A stretch of 64,000 bases of DNA, taken from positions 1,096,995-1,160,994 of the forward strand of contig NC_016940.1 in assembly GCF_000250635.1 (NCBI RefSeq), written 5' to 3'. The stretch is from Saprospira grandis str. Lewin (lineage in GTDB: Bacteria > Bacteroidota > Bacteroidia > Chitinophagales > Saprospiraceae). How positions within the stretch are numbered: position 1 is the first letter of the stretch; the number at the start of each line of letters is the position of its first letter. The notes under the pieces are model-generated. The model made no database searches. It was not told the origin of the DNA and saw only the letters and a program-made list of their open reading frames with translations. Positions 35,618 to 44,221 of the stretch are shown here, piece by piece. The position numbers and the translations under genes are program-made.

Positions 35618-36139
35618 GTGCATAATCAAGCAGCAAAAACTTTATATGCTATGGATTTATCAATTCAATATGGAAGGTCTAAAAGTATATTAGATTCGCT
35701 TTCTGATGAGGCATCTACAGCATCTAGTATAAGTTGGATAGAGCGCCTGCTTTTAATTTTCATTATCAACAGAGTGAATAAAAAGCTCTCTAAATTAAGT
35801 GCTGGCATTGAGGCTAAAATTAGCTCAGAAAAACAAGCTAAAGAATACCACAAACTCTATTTGGTAGCCCAAAAGCTCTCTAAAGAAGACATTCAACTCC
35901 AAGCCTCTACTTCTTATCATTTTTTGGAGGGTCGAGTAATCAAAAAAGCCCTACAAACACAAAAGCTACTCCTTGAAATCAAGGAAAAATTAGCTGTAGT
36001 TTTATTTCCTACTCCCGAAAAGGTAGATCGAGCAACATTTTTCAAAGAGTCGAAACGCATTAAGGATTTTTTTGATGATTTAGATGATGAGGACACGGAC
36101 CAAGCCTACTTAAGTTATCATCCAGATTTACCTCAATAA
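35618..36139 (+). CDS. Hypothetical protein of 173 aa; candidate partner (antitoxin?) of the downstream MazF-like gene
   Basis: Lies in an AT-rich islet and its stop is 4 nt from the next start. Lys/Glu-rich helical sequence with no recognisable family. Confidence 0.45.
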   Translation: MHNQAAKTLYAMDLSIQYGRSKSILDSLSDEASTASSISWIERLLLIFIINRVNKKLSKLSAGIEAKISSEKQAKEYHKLYLVAQKLSKEDIQLQASTSYHFLEGRVIKKALQTQKLLLEIKEKLAVVLFPTPEKVDRATFFKESKRIKDFFDDLDDEDTDQAYLSYHPDLPQ

Positions 36140-36142
36140 TAT

Positions 36143-36493
36143 ATGAGTTCCTCCTTTGAAGTTGGTGATGTCGTCATCTGTGCCGTATTTTATGAAGAGC
36201 GTCTTGAAACCAAAAGACGGCCTGTTGTTATTGTAGAAAAATACAACGACTCAAGTTATGCGGTGAAAGTAACTAGCACAAATATCCCTAGGAAATTTCC
36301 TGGGAAGTATAAAGGGAGATGGATTGAAGAAGGAAGCGAAGCCTACAAAATGATGGGGCTAAGAAAAGCTAGTTTTGTATATCACCAAAATTCCGGCGCC
36401 ACAACAATAAGTAATGTTATGTTTACTCACGTAATTGGTCGTTACCCTTATATTGAAGAGCTTTTACAAGATCTTATAGAAGAAAATGTTTAA
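36143..36493 (+). CDS. PemK/MazF-family toxin-like protein (Kid/CcdB SH3-like fold)
   Basis: GDVVICAVFYEERLETKRRPVVIV...YAVKVTSTNIP...ASFVYHQNSGATTIS follows the MazF pattern GD(I/V)h.h.F.......KxRP.V(V/I)(V/L)S....h...VP(L/I)TS.........S.h....h..hD. Confidence 0.55.
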   Translation: MSSSFEVGDVVICAVFYEERLETKRRPVVIVEKYNDSSYAVKVTSTNIPRKFPGKYKGRWIEEGSEAYKMMGLRKASFVYHQNSGATTISNVMFTHVIGRYPYIEELLQDLIEENV

Positions 36494-36523
36494 TATTTTT
36501 CAGTGATAAAAAACAACACCTAT

Positions 36524-36556
36524 AAAAAAAAGCGGCCTTCGGGCCGCTTTTTTTCA
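36524..36556. terminator. Rho-independent terminator after the MazF-like gene
   Basis: A8-gcggcc-ttcg-ggccgc-T7 (UUCG tetraloop). Confidence 0.75.
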
Positions 36557-36667
36557 TCCCCCATCTCGGTATAACTTTGGTACAACTCCCCCTAAAAACA
36601 AGGCAAATCTAGGCCTTTTTCCAAGAGTACAGTAATGCGCAAAAATGGCGGATAAGTCCCTGACAGA

Positions 36668-36702
36668 TAGGCTAAAACAAAAAAAGCAGCTAGTGAAAAC
36701 TA
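36668..36702. terminator. Terminator hairpin immediately 3' of tRNA-Arg on the minus strand
   Basis: gcagctagt-gaaaa-ctagctgc stem flanked by A7 and ttttg. Confidence 0.6.
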
Positions 36703-36776
36703 GCTGCTTTTGTGATTCCAGCAGGACTCGAACCTGCAACCGTCTGCTTAGAAGGCAGATGCTCTATCCAGTTGAG
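36703..36776 (-). tRNA. tRNA-Arg (anticodon TCT)
   Basis: Minus-strand read: GGTTCCATAGCTCAACTGGATAGAGCATCTGCCTTCTAAGCAGACGGTTGCAGGTTCGAGTCCTGCTGGAATCA. This gives the acceptor GGTTCCA/TGGAATC, D-loop AGCTCAACTGGATAGAGC, anticodon stem TCTGC/GCAGA with loop cTTCTaa, and T-arm GCAGGTTCGAGTCCTGC. Confidence 0.9.
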
Positions 36777-36855
36777 CTATGGAACCAACTGCAGCGCAAA
36801 TATGGCAACTTTTAATCAATTGGCCAAATATTTTACCTACTTTTTTGAGCAAAGC

Positions 36856-37011
36856 CCCTCCCCCAGGCCCTATTGGCCCAGCGCTGCGGAGGGGTGGCCG
36901 AAGGCCAGACCAAAGCCGCCAAAGGCGGCTGCAGGGCCGAGCAGACCTGCGAGCCCCGCAGCATAGCGGCGGCCGAGCGAGGCGAAGCCGAGCCGGCCGC
37001 GGGCCCCAAAA
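36856..37011 (-). repeat. GC-rich modular intergenic repeat, copy 12 (reverse)
   Basis: cccagcgctgcggaggggtggccgaaggccagaccaaagccgccaaaggcggctgcagggccgagcagacctgcgagccccgcagcatagcggcggccgagcgaggcgaagccgagccggccgcgggccccaaaa. Confidence 0.85.
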
Positions 37012-37014
37012 TAA

Positions 37015-37560
37015 TTATCGAACAGAAGAACGAAATACCTGCTGGCCGTACTCCCAGAGAAATTTGAAGACCAAGAAAAAGAGGAAAAACGAAAGCCCAA
37101 TTTGCCAAAGCTTTTGAAAAGGAAGGACCATTTTGTGCATCAGCAAAAGGAGCAAACCCAGAGCCAAAGCAGCCGTGATGAGCAGTTCGTAGAGCTCGCC
37201 AAACCAAGGTAAGGCCTTCATTTTTAGGCCTTTTTTTCGGAGAATCATAAATACAATGACCGCCGAAATTAAGGGTAAATAATAGACGCTAAAACTTAGT
37301 TCTAATAGATTTTTTTGGTTCATCATGATGCTGTAGAGCCAAAACACCCCAGAAATAAGGGCCGGAATAGCCGTGCCATAAACCAAAGAGGAATACATAT
37401 AACCATAGGCGCTAGAAGCTGGCGATGGCCCCGAAATAATATTGAGCAATAAAGCCATAAATGGCAACAGCAAAAAGTAAAAGAAGAGGGCCACGGGGTC
37501 CTGATGAAGCAAGGCAATGAGTTCTTCGATCTGCATAATTTTGGGAATGGATTTTGGCAA
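37015..37560 (-). CDS. Hypothetical integral membrane protein
   Basis: Five or more hydrophobic helices (LLLPFMALLLNII...; AIPALISGVFWLYSIMM...; LPLISAVIVFMIL...; LITAALALGLLLLLM...; IGLSFFLFFLVF). No family recognised. Confidence 0.45.
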   Translation of the reverse strand: MPKSIPKIMQIEELIALLHQDPVALFFYFLLLPFMALLLNIISGPSPASSAYGYMYSSLVYGTAIPALISGVFWLYSIMMNQKNLLELSFSVYYLPLISAVIVFMILRKKGLKMKALPWFGELYELLITAALALGLLLLLMHKMVLPFQKLWQIGLSFFLFFLVFKFLWEYGQQVFRSSVR

Positions 37561-37639
37561 TACAATACTGGATTTTAAATCTAGGAATAAATCATTACTT
37601 TTGTAAACTTCCGCAGACGGAACTTAAAACTACTACAAA

Positions 37640-38095
37640 ATGAAATCCTTAGCACTAGTATTCAGCTTTCTACTCGCAGGTCTAGGCAGCGGCCTTTTGG
37701 CCCAAAACCCTTCTGATGGCCTCCACTTTTGGAAAGTCCTGAGCAAAGTGAAGTATAAATCAAAAATTGATATCGAAAGCGGGACCCTGATCTATACACC
37801 AGTTTTTAATAGAAGCATCAAAAAACTAGATGGCAAAGAGATCGTCCTCAAAGGCTATGTGATTCCCGCCGACCTTAGCGGAGGCCGCATGACCCTCTCC
37901 GCCTTCCCCTATAGCTCTTGCTTTTTTTGTGGAGGCGCCGGCCCCGAATCCGTTATTGAAATCGATGCAAAAACGCCCATTATCTACCGGATAGATAAAC
38001 CAATCACGCTCAAAGGAAAACTCAAACTCAATAGCGAAGACCCCCTCCGCCTGATGTATATCCTCAAGGAAGCTGATTACTACGAAGGCAGTTAA
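37640..38095 (+). CDS. Secreted hypothetical protein (DUF3299-like?)
   Basis: Signal peptide MKSLALVFSFLLAGLGSGLLAQ. ~150 aa with conserved-looking GYVIPADLSGGRMTLSAFPYSSCFFCGGAGPESVIEID. Confidence 0.45.
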   Translation: MKSLALVFSFLLAGLGSGLLAQNPSDGLHFWKVLSKVKYKSKIDIESGTLIYTPVFNRSIKKLDGKEIVLKGYVIPADLSGGRMTLSAFPYSSCFFCGGAGPESVIEIDAKTPIIYRIDKPITLKGKLKLNSEDPLRLMYILKEADYYEGS

Positions 38096-38118
38096 TGCCC
38101 GAAAAATATTAGATTGTT

Positions 38119-39120
38119 ATGACTCAAATTTCGCGCATTCTGGGCGAACGCAGCGGCTCTGAAAAAGGGCCGCTCTTGCTTATTCTTACCCAGGTCCATG
38201 GCAACGAACCCGCCGGCTATTACGCCGTTCAAGAACTCTTTCAACGCATTGACCAAGAGTACCAAAATAAAGCAGATTTTGACTACCGAGGCCGAATTGT
38301 CGCCCTGCGGGGGAATCTGGCCGCTATTGCCTCCGGCCAACGATTTATCGATGAAGATTTTAACCGCATCTGGACCGATGAACGGGTAAAACAGGTCCAA
38401 AATAGCCCCCTAGATCAACTCAAATCTCAGGAAGAAAAAGAGCTCAAAGGACTACTGGAAACTATTCAGGCCCTAATGGACCAACATCCAGATGAACAGG
38501 TCGTTTTACTCGATCTGCATACCACCACGGCCAAGGGCGGCATGTTCCTCATCCCCTCTACCGACGATAATTCTAGAGCCCTAGGCCTCAATATCCACGC
38601 CCCGCTCCTACACGGTTTTCTCGATGGCCTAGAAGGGACGATCCTGCACTATTTTCGCCAGAAAAATTTTCCCCACCATCAACTCACTTCGATCTGCTTC
38701 GAGGCCGGCCAACACGATAGCCTCTCTTCTGTAGGCCATGCCGTTTCGGCCATCATCCAATGCTTTACCGCTATGGGCGGCTTCTATGCCGCAGATATCG
38801 AAATGAAACACGAGCTCCGCCTGAGCGAAGAAAATCAAGGACTGCCCAAAGAAGGCCGCCTAGCCTACTGCCACCGCATCCATCAAGGCGATAACTTTAA
38901 AATGCGCAGCGATAAAATTTATCGCAATTTTGACCCCATCTATAAAGGAGAATTACTAGCCGAAGATAAAAATGGCCCCATCTACTCCCCCCTCGATGGC
39001 CTCATCCTTATGCCGCTCTACCAAAAACAAGGCAATGACGGCTTCTTTATCATTGAAGATATGGACCTCTCTGCCCCCAAATTGGGCCGAAAAATTCCAA
39101 AAACTATTCTCAATGCCTAA
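38119..39120 (+). CDS. Succinylglutamate desuccinylase/aspartoacylase family (M14-like) zinc hydrolase
   Basis: ILTQVHGNEPAGYYAVQEL zinc-ligand region and ~330 aa length. Confidence 0.65.
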   Translation: MTQISRILGERSGSEKGPLLLILTQVHGNEPAGYYAVQELFQRIDQEYQNKADFDYRGRIVALRGNLAAIASGQRFIDEDFNRIWTDERVKQVQNSPLDQLKSQEEKELKGLLETIQALMDQHPDEQVVLLDLHTTTAKGGMFLIPSTDDNSRALGLNIHAPLLHGFLDGLEGTILHYFRQKNFPHHQLTSICFEAGQHDSLSSVGHAVSAIIQCFTAMGGFYAADIEMKHELRLSEENQGLPKEGRLAYCHRIHQGDNFKMRSDKIYRNFDPIYKGELLAEDKNGPIYSPLDGLILMPLYQKQGNDGFFIIEDMDLSAPKLGRKIPKTILNA

Positions 39121-39210
39121 CTGCCGCAAGTTTAGCCCCAGAAAAGAACTATTTTGATTTAGTCTTGTTAACTTTGCGCCTCCAAGAGGAAAAAACTAAT
39201 CCTGCCGATC

Positions 39211-39370
39211 TTTTGGGGCCTCAGCTGCGCTGCGCTTGCTGCGCTACGTTTCGGGGCTCGCAGGCTTGCTCGGCCCTTCAGTGCTGCGCACTTCGGTCTG
39301 GCCTGACGGCCACCCCTACACATCGCTAGGCCATCTGGCCTGACGGCCAAGGCGGCTGCGCCGCCTATCC
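39211..39370 (+). repeat. GC-rich modular intergenic repeat, copy 13 (forward, with a 3' extension)
   Basis: ttttggggcctcagctgcgctgcgcttgctgcgctacgtttcggggctcgcaggcttgctcggcccttcagtgctgcgcacttcggtctggcctgacggccacccctacacatcgctaggcc + atctggcctgacggccaaggcggctgcgccgcc. Confidence 0.85.
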
Positions 39371-39405
39371 ATTCATACCACAAAAAATATTTGATCCGCT
39401 ACAAT

Positions 39406-39744
39406 ATGGCTATCGTAAAATTTACTTTCGAAGACCCTAATATTCCCCCCAAGGAACTAGAAGCCAGCCTAGGCGATAATATCTCCGAATTGGCTGATGA
39501 TAACGACATTCATATCAACCATAACTGTGGCCGCGTCTGCGCCTGTAGTACCTGCCACGTTTATATTGAAGAAGGCGAAGATAGCCTTCCCGAAATCTCA
39601 GACCGAGAAGAGGACTTTATTGATAGAGCCCTAGATCCCCGCATCGAGTCTAGACTCGCCTGCCAGTGCATTATCCAAGAAGATGATGCCGTTATCGAGG
39701 TCTTGGTCCCCGACCAAACCCGCATTATTGGACATGAACACTAA
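39406..39744 (+). CDS. fdx: 2Fe-2S ferredoxin (adrenodoxin/ISC Fdx type)
   Basis: Cys ligands in HNCGRVCACSTCHV...LACQC. ~112 aa, immediately upstream of iscX. Confidence 0.75.
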   Translation: MAIVKFTFEDPNIPPKELEASLGDNISELADDNDIHINHNCGRVCACSTCHVYIEEGEDSLPEISDREEDFIDRALDPRIESRLACQCIIQEDDAVIEVLVPDQTRIIGHEH

Positions 39745-39755
39745 ATTGAGATATC

Positions 39756-39995
39756 ATGAGTTTTGAACTTAACCTGCCTATCCATTGGACCGATTATGAA
39801 GATATCGCCATGGGCCTTTATGATAAATTTGGCGACGATTTTACCGAGTCTAAAATTTATCGCATCCGCTTTACCGACCTCATCGAATGGGTGCTAGACC
39901 TGCCCAACTTTGTGGGCAAACGCGAAGATTGTAATGAGGGCCACCTCGAGCAAATTCAAGCCAAATGGGTCTACGAATGGAGAGATAACCAATAA
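39756..39995 (+). CDS. iscX: Fe-S cluster assembly protein IscX (YfhJ)
   Basis: 79 aa, acidic, with WTDYEDIAMGLYDKFGD...IRFTDLIEWVLDLPNF matching the IscX pattern (W.D...I...L.......P...RFTDL..W...L..F). Confidence 0.7.
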   Translation: MSFELNLPIHWTDYEDIAMGLYDKFGDDFTESKIYRIRFTDLIEWVLDLPNFVGKREDCNEGHLEQIQAKWVYEWRDNQ

Positions 39996-40000
39996 AACAA

Positions 40001-40033
40001 AAAGGCTACAGCTATTCGCTGTGGCCTTTTTTG
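40001..40033 (+). terminator. Rho-independent terminator after iscX
   Basis: aggctacagc-tattc-gctgtggcct stem (one mismatch) followed by T7. Confidence 0.55.
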
Positions 40034-40053
40034 CCCATTTAACACTCCTCTGA

Positions 40054-41070
40054 TTGATAAAAGATACAATTATGGATAAACGCATTCCAGTAACTATTAT
40101 TACGGGCTTTTTGGGCAGCGGAAAAACGACCCTGCTCAACGAACTCATCCAACGCTATCCCGAGAAAAAGCTCGCCATTATTGAAAATGAATTTGGCGAA
40201 TTAGGCATCGACCAAGATTTGGTGGTCCGTGGAGAAGACCAAATCTTTGAACTCTCTAATGGCTGTATTTGCTGCAGCCTCAATGATGAATTGGTCGATA
40301 CCCTGGCCAAACTCCTCAATGGAAATTACGATTTTGACCATCTCCTTATTGAAACCACAGGCATAGCCGAACCCGATGCCATCGCCGCCGCCTTTGTGGC
40401 CGATGCCTCGGTCCAAGCCTATTTTCAATTGGATGCCGTCATCTGCCTAGCCGATGCCCAATATACCCTAGACAGCCTAGCCGAAAGAGAAGAAGCCAAA
40501 CGCCAACTCGCCTTTGCCGACCTCATTTTGCTCAATAAAAAGTCTAGCGTTTCCGAAGAACAATTGGAGCAAACCAAGGCCGGCCTGAAAAAGCTCAATC
40601 CCCTAGCCGAAATCATTGAGGCCGATTATGGCAAAACAGAACGCAATCTTTTGGACCTACAAGCCTATGCTTTTGCTACGGTAGAAGAAAAGCTCAAGGC
40701 CCAACATCAACCCAAAACTTGCAGCCACGGCAGCCATCATCACCATCATCATGAGCAAGGCGAATTGGTCACGCATAGCTTTATTTTTGACCAGCCCTTT
40801 GACCTGCTCAAGCTTCGACATTGGCTGCAAGTGCTGCTCATGCTACAAGGAGAAGGCATTTATCGAGTGAAGGGCGTACTTTGGGTGCAATGGCAGGATA
40901 AAAAAATGGTCCTGCAATCGGTCCGAAAATCTTTTGCCCTCCAATTGGGCGAGGACTGGCCCGAAGACAAACCCCGCCAAAGCCGAATTGTCTTTATTGG
41001 CAAAAATCTACGCAAGGATATTCTAGAGAAAAGCCTCAAACAATTGCTGGCCCTAGAGACTAGCTTTTAA
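40054..41070 (+). CDS. COG0523-family (CobW/ZigA/YeiR-like) metallochaperone GTPase with a His-rich segment
   Basis: P-loop GFLGSGKTTLLN, the GCICCS motif, a His-rich SHGSHHHHHHEQGE linker and a CobW C-terminal domain. A possible alternative start is at 40072. Confidence 0.75.
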   Translation: MIKDTIMDKRIPVTIITGFLGSGKTTLLNELIQRYPEKKLAIIENEFGELGIDQDLVVRGEDQIFELSNGCICCSLNDELVDTLAKLLNGNYDFDHLLIETTGIAEPDAIAAAFVADASVQAYFQLDAVICLADAQYTLDSLAEREEAKRQLAFADLILLNKKSSVSEEQLEQTKAGLKKLNPLAEIIEADYGKTERNLLDLQAYAFATVEEKLKAQHQPKTCSHGSHHHHHHEQGELVTHSFIFDQPFDLLKLRHWLQVLLMLQGEGIYRVKGVLWVQWQDKKMVLQSVRKSFALQLGEDWPEDKPRQSRIVFIGKNLRKDILEKSLKQLLALETSF

Positions 41071-41074
41071 ATAG

Positions 41075-41113
41075 AAAAGGCCCAGAACTCGATGTTCTGG
41101 GCCTTTCTTTTGG
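41075..41113 (+). terminator. Rho-independent terminator after the COG0523 gene
   Basis: ggcccagaac-tcgat-gttctgggcc 10-bp stem followed by tttcttttgg. Confidence 0.7.
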
Positions 41114-41117
41114 ATGG

Positions 41118-41267
41118 AGCAGGGCGCGAAGCGCCCGCAGGCTGAGCTGCCGAAGCAGGGCCGCCGAAGGCGGCAGACCAAAGCGCTGAAAGCGCTGCAG
41201 GGCCGAGCAAACCTGCGAGCTGCGAAGTGGAGCGACCCGACCAAAGGAAGGGGCAGCCCCAAAAAAA
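41118..41267 (-). repeat. GC-rich modular intergenic repeat, copy 14 (reverse, variant B)
   Basis: cagggcgcgaagcgcccgcaggctgagctgccgaagcagggccgccgaaggcggcagaccaaagcgctgaaagcgctgcagggccgagcaaacctgcgagctgcgaagtggagcgacccgaccaaaggaaggggcagccccaaaaaaa. Confidence 0.85.
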
Positions 41268-41271
41268 GATC

Positions 41272-42660
41272 CTAAGCCTCCTTCATCGCACGGAAATGCT
41301 CATAGAAATAAGGCAAGGTTTCAATTCCTTTGAAGTAATTGAACACCCCAAAATGCTCATTGGGCGAGTGAATGGCGTCGGTGTCTAGACCAAAGCCCAT
41401 CATGACCGTTTTAGCACCTAAAATCTCCTCAAAAAGAGCCACAATCGGAATACTTCCGCCCGCTCTGAGGGGAATGGGCCGCTTGCCAAAGGTTTGCTCA
41501 TAGGCCTTGGCCGCCGCCTGAAACTCAATGCCATCGGTGGGCGTCAAAACAGGCTCTCCACCATGATGAGGAGTCACCACCACCTTGACCGAAGCAGGCG
41601 CAAGGGCCTCAAAATGCTTTTTAAATAGGGCCGTGATTTGCTCAGAACTTTGGTTGGGCACCAAACGCATAGAAATTTTGGCATAGGCTTTTGAAGGCAA
41701 AACCGTTTTGGCTCCTTCACCAATATAACCGCCCCAAATGCCGTTCACATCGAGGGTTGGGCGAATAGAAGCCCGCTCCATAGTCGAGAATCCAGCCTCT
41801 CCAGACACATCATCAATGCCCAATTTAGCCTTATAATCAGCCAAATCGAAAGGCGCTTTAGCCATAGCCTCCCGCTCTTCCGCAGAGACCTCCAAAACAT
41901 CATCATAAAAGCCCTCTACCGTAATTCGGCCCTCCTCATCTTGCAAAGAAGCAATCATTTTAGCCAAAATATTGATCGGATTAGCCACAGCACCCCCATA
42001 AGTGCCCGAATGTAAATCGCGATTTGGGCCCGTCACTTCGACTTCCACATAGCTCAATCCACGCAAACCAGAAGTCATCGAAGGACTCTCATTGCCCAAC
42101 ATAGAGGTATCAGAAATCAGGATGACATCACAGGCCAAACGCTCCTGATTTTCACGCATAAAAGGACCCAAATTTGGCGAACCAACTTCCTCTTCGCCCT
42201 CTAGCATAAACTTGATATTGCAATACATTTTTTGCTCCCGCATCATGTACTCAAACGCCTTGACATGCATGTACATCTGCCCCTTATCATCACAGGCTCC
42301 ACGGGCAAAAATAGCCCCCTCAGGATGACGGTCAGTGGTCTTAATAATGGGCTCAAAAGGTCCAGATTCCCAAAGCTCAATGGGATCGGGCGGCTGCACA
42401 TCATAATGGCCATAGACCAAAACCGTAGGCCAGCTAGGGTCCATAATTTTCTCGGCATAAACAATGGGGTGGCCCGCTGTGGGACAAATTTCCACGCTAT
42501 CCACTCCCGCCTCTAAGAGCTTGATTTTCAAAAACTCCGCAGCCGAAAGCATATCTTTTTTATAGGCAGAATCGGCACTCACTGAAGGAATCCGCAAAAG
42601 AGCCATCAACTCCTCTAACAAACGGTCCTTATCCTTTTCAATAAATTGTTTTACAGACAT
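41272..42660 (-). CDS. M20/M25/M40-family dipeptidase (PepV/Dug-like)
   Basis: MSVKQFIEKDKDRLLEELMALLRIPSVS start and metal-binding blocks (YGHYDVQP, ARGACDDKGQ, EGEEEVGS). The ORF-track start at 42804 runs into the repeat, so the start is moved to the ATG at 42660. Confidence 0.75.
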   Translation of the reverse strand: MSVKQFIEKDKDRLLEELMALLRIPSVSADSAYKKDMLSAAEFLKIKLLEAGVDSVEICPTAGHPIVYAEKIMDPSWPTVLVYGHYDVQPPDPIELWESGPFEPIIKTTDRHPEGAIFARGACDDKGQMYMHVKAFEYMMREQKMYCNIKFMLEGEEEVGSPNLGPFMRENQERLACDVILISDTSMLGNESPSMTSGLRGLSYVEVEVTGPNRDLHSGTYGGAVANPINILAKMIASLQDEEGRITVEGFYDDVLEVSAEEREAMAKAPFDLADYKAKLGIDDVSGEAGFSTMERASIRPTLDVNGIWGGYIGEGAKTVLPSKAYAKISMRLVPNQSSEQITALFKKHFEALAPASVKVVVTPHHGGEPVLTPTDGIEFQAAAKAYEQTFGKRPIPLRAGGSIPIVALFEEILGAKTVMMGFGLDTDAIHSPNEHFGVFNYFKGIETLPYFYEHFRAMKEA

Positions 42661-42681
42661 AAGTTGTTGTTGTTTTTCTAT

Positions 42682-42832
42682 TTTTTTTGGGGCTGCCCCA
42701 GCCTTTGGCTGGGTCGGGCTGTATCGCAGCTCGCTATTCGCTCGGCCCTGCGCTTTTTCGCTAGGCTCAAAAGCTAGGTCTGGCCTTCGGCCACTGCTGT
42801 CCATCCCTCAGCCTGCGGGCGCTTCGCGCCCT
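42682..42832 (+). repeat. GC-rich modular intergenic repeat, copy 15 (forward, variant B)
   Basis: ttttttttggggctgccccagcctttggctgggtcgggctgtatcgcagctcgctattcgctcggccctgcgctttttcgctaggctcaaaagctaggtctggccttcggccactgctgtccatccctcagcctgcgggcgcttcgcgccctg. Confidence 0.85.
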
Positions 42833-42852
42833 GTCCCCTGCAATTGGACCAA

Positions 42853-43752
42853 TTAGGCCTTTACAAAGACAATATTATCCGAGTCTTCCCCCTTCCGCTG
42901 AAGGTAATCTTCTACCGAGCTATTTAGCCGCTCCAAATGGCCCGAGGAGCAGATAATATGGGGAAAATAAGCCAGCTCCGCCAAAAGCGATTGGGCCGCC
43001 AAATGCGGAGCATTATCTCGGCTAGCGGCCAAATACTCCATAGCAATTTTGGGCGAATGAGCGCTCAAAAACGCCTTGGCCCCAGCCAAAACCTCATATT
43101 CGGCCCCTTCCACATCAATTTTAATCAATTTGGGCCGAAAAGCGCTGGGCAGCAGATAATCATCTAGGCAAACGGCCTCAATATCGTGCACCTTGGGCGG
43201 GTCTTGGGCAAACCAATCTTCGCCTTCAAACTGCTCTAAATGTAGGCTGTTATACTCAGAATGTTTGTTGCTAAACTCATAAAATTTTAGAGTAGCCGCT
43301 TTTTGGGCCACCGCCTTATTATTCGGCTTCAGCTGAGGCAGCTCGGCGGCATTTTGGGCCAAAATTCTAAAGGTGGTCGAGGCCGCCTCAAAGGCTTGTA
43401 CCTGGCCCTTGGGCCCCACCAAATGAGCGGCCAGCAGACTAAAGTAGCCATAATGCGCCCCAATATCCAGAAATTGATCTTCGGCCTTTAGCTCTTGGAT
43501 GAGCCAACGAGCCAGGCGAATTTCAGAATCATGCGTTTTTCCGCCCGTCAGATAAATATCCAAACTGGCGGGCAGCAGCAACTGCATCTTTTGACCCCAA
43601 AAGGTATGGGCTTGCACTGCCCACTCTCCCTTTGGGAAAAGCCGTCTGCGCAATTGGGCCAAAATATAGCCCAAAGGACGTTTTTGCAGGCGTTTCCATT
43701 TGCTAGCTTGGGCCAAATTGGCCACTTCTTGCAATTGTTCTAGAATGTTCAT
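42853..43752 (-). CDS. FkbM-family methyltransferase
   Basis: LDIGAHYGYFSLLAAHLVGPKGQVQAFEA SAM-binding region typical of FkbM. Start set to the MNILEQ ATG at 43752. Confidence 0.65.
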   Translation of the reverse strand: MNILEQLQEVANLAQASKWKRLQKRPLGYILAQLRRRLFPKGEWAVQAHTFWGQKMQLLLPASLDIYLTGGKTHDSEIRLARWLIQELKAEDQFLDIGAHYGYFSLLAAHLVGPKGQVQAFEAASTTFRILAQNAAELPQLKPNNKAVAQKAATLKFYEFSNKHSEYNSLHLEQFEGEDWFAQDPPKVHDIEAVCLDDYLLPSAFRPKLIKIDVEGAEYEVLAGAKAFLSAHSPKIAMEYLAASRDNAPHLAAQSLLAELAYFPHIICSSGHLERLNSSVEDYLQRKGEDSDNIVFVKA

Positions 43753-43756
43753 TGCG

Positions 43757-44152
43757 CTATTTCTCTTGGGGGTAAGCAGCAAAGGCAGAAATCTCGACCC
43801 GTACATCCTTGGGCAGACGGCTCACTTGCACGGCCTCTCTAGCCGGAGGCGCAATGCCTTCAAAATAGCTAGCATAAACCTCATTGATGGCCGCATAATC
43901 ATTCATATCCTTCATGAAGATGCTACATTTTACGAGCTGTTCTGGACCAAGACCAGCTTCGGCCAGTACCGCCAGCATATTATTCATCACCTGCTGGGTC
44001 TCCTCTTGGATCGTTCCATGCACCTTAAGTTCTTGAGTAGCGGGATCAATCGCAATTTGGCCAGAGAGGAACAAAAAGCCATTGGCCGCAACGGCTTGGC
44101 TGTAGGGGCCCACTGCCGCAGGCGCTTGATCAGTATGGATAATTTTTTTCAT
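43757..44152 (-). CDS. ridA: RidA (YjgF/TdcF) family reactive-intermediate deaminase
   Basis: MKKIIHTDQAPAAVGPYSQAVAANGFLFLSGQIAIDPAT... and ~131 aa length. The ORF-track N-terminal extension to 44401 lies in the repeat. Confidence 0.8.
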   Translation of the reverse strand: MKKIIHTDQAPAAVGPYSQAVAANGFLFLSGQIAIDPATQELKVHGTIQEETQQVMNNMLAVLAEAGLGPEQLVKCSIFMKDMNDYAAINEVYASYFEGIAPPAREAVQVSRLPKDVRVEISAFAAYPQEK

Positions 44153-44221
44153 TTTCTTAGTTATCATTGGTAGAAGCGAAAGATAAGGAAGTTGAGGCAA
44201 GCTGCAAAAGTTTTTGGTCCA

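Noticed and set aside
35450-36800. Prophage or integrative element at tRNA-Arg
   Set aside because: No integrase, excisionase, or phage structural genes, and no direct repeat of the tRNA 3' end, were seen. Only the AT-rich composition and the toxin-like gene remain, so it is reported as a possible remnant rather than a mobile element.
36779-37207. ORFs 36779..37117, 36833..37207, 36870..37100, 36873..37067, and ORF 36712..36966 overlapping the tRNA
   Set aside because: Repeat copy 12 and tRNA-Arg antisense or overlapping sequence. No independent support.
39168-39383. ORF 39168..39383 (-), plus 41053..41262, 44164..44443, 48674..48871, 49714..49964, 49786..50184 (N-terminal part), 56745..57233 and 56866..57189
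   Set aside because: Each coincides with a repeat copy (13, 14, 16, 17, 18, 19). These are the same low-complexity GC-rich translations as the others.
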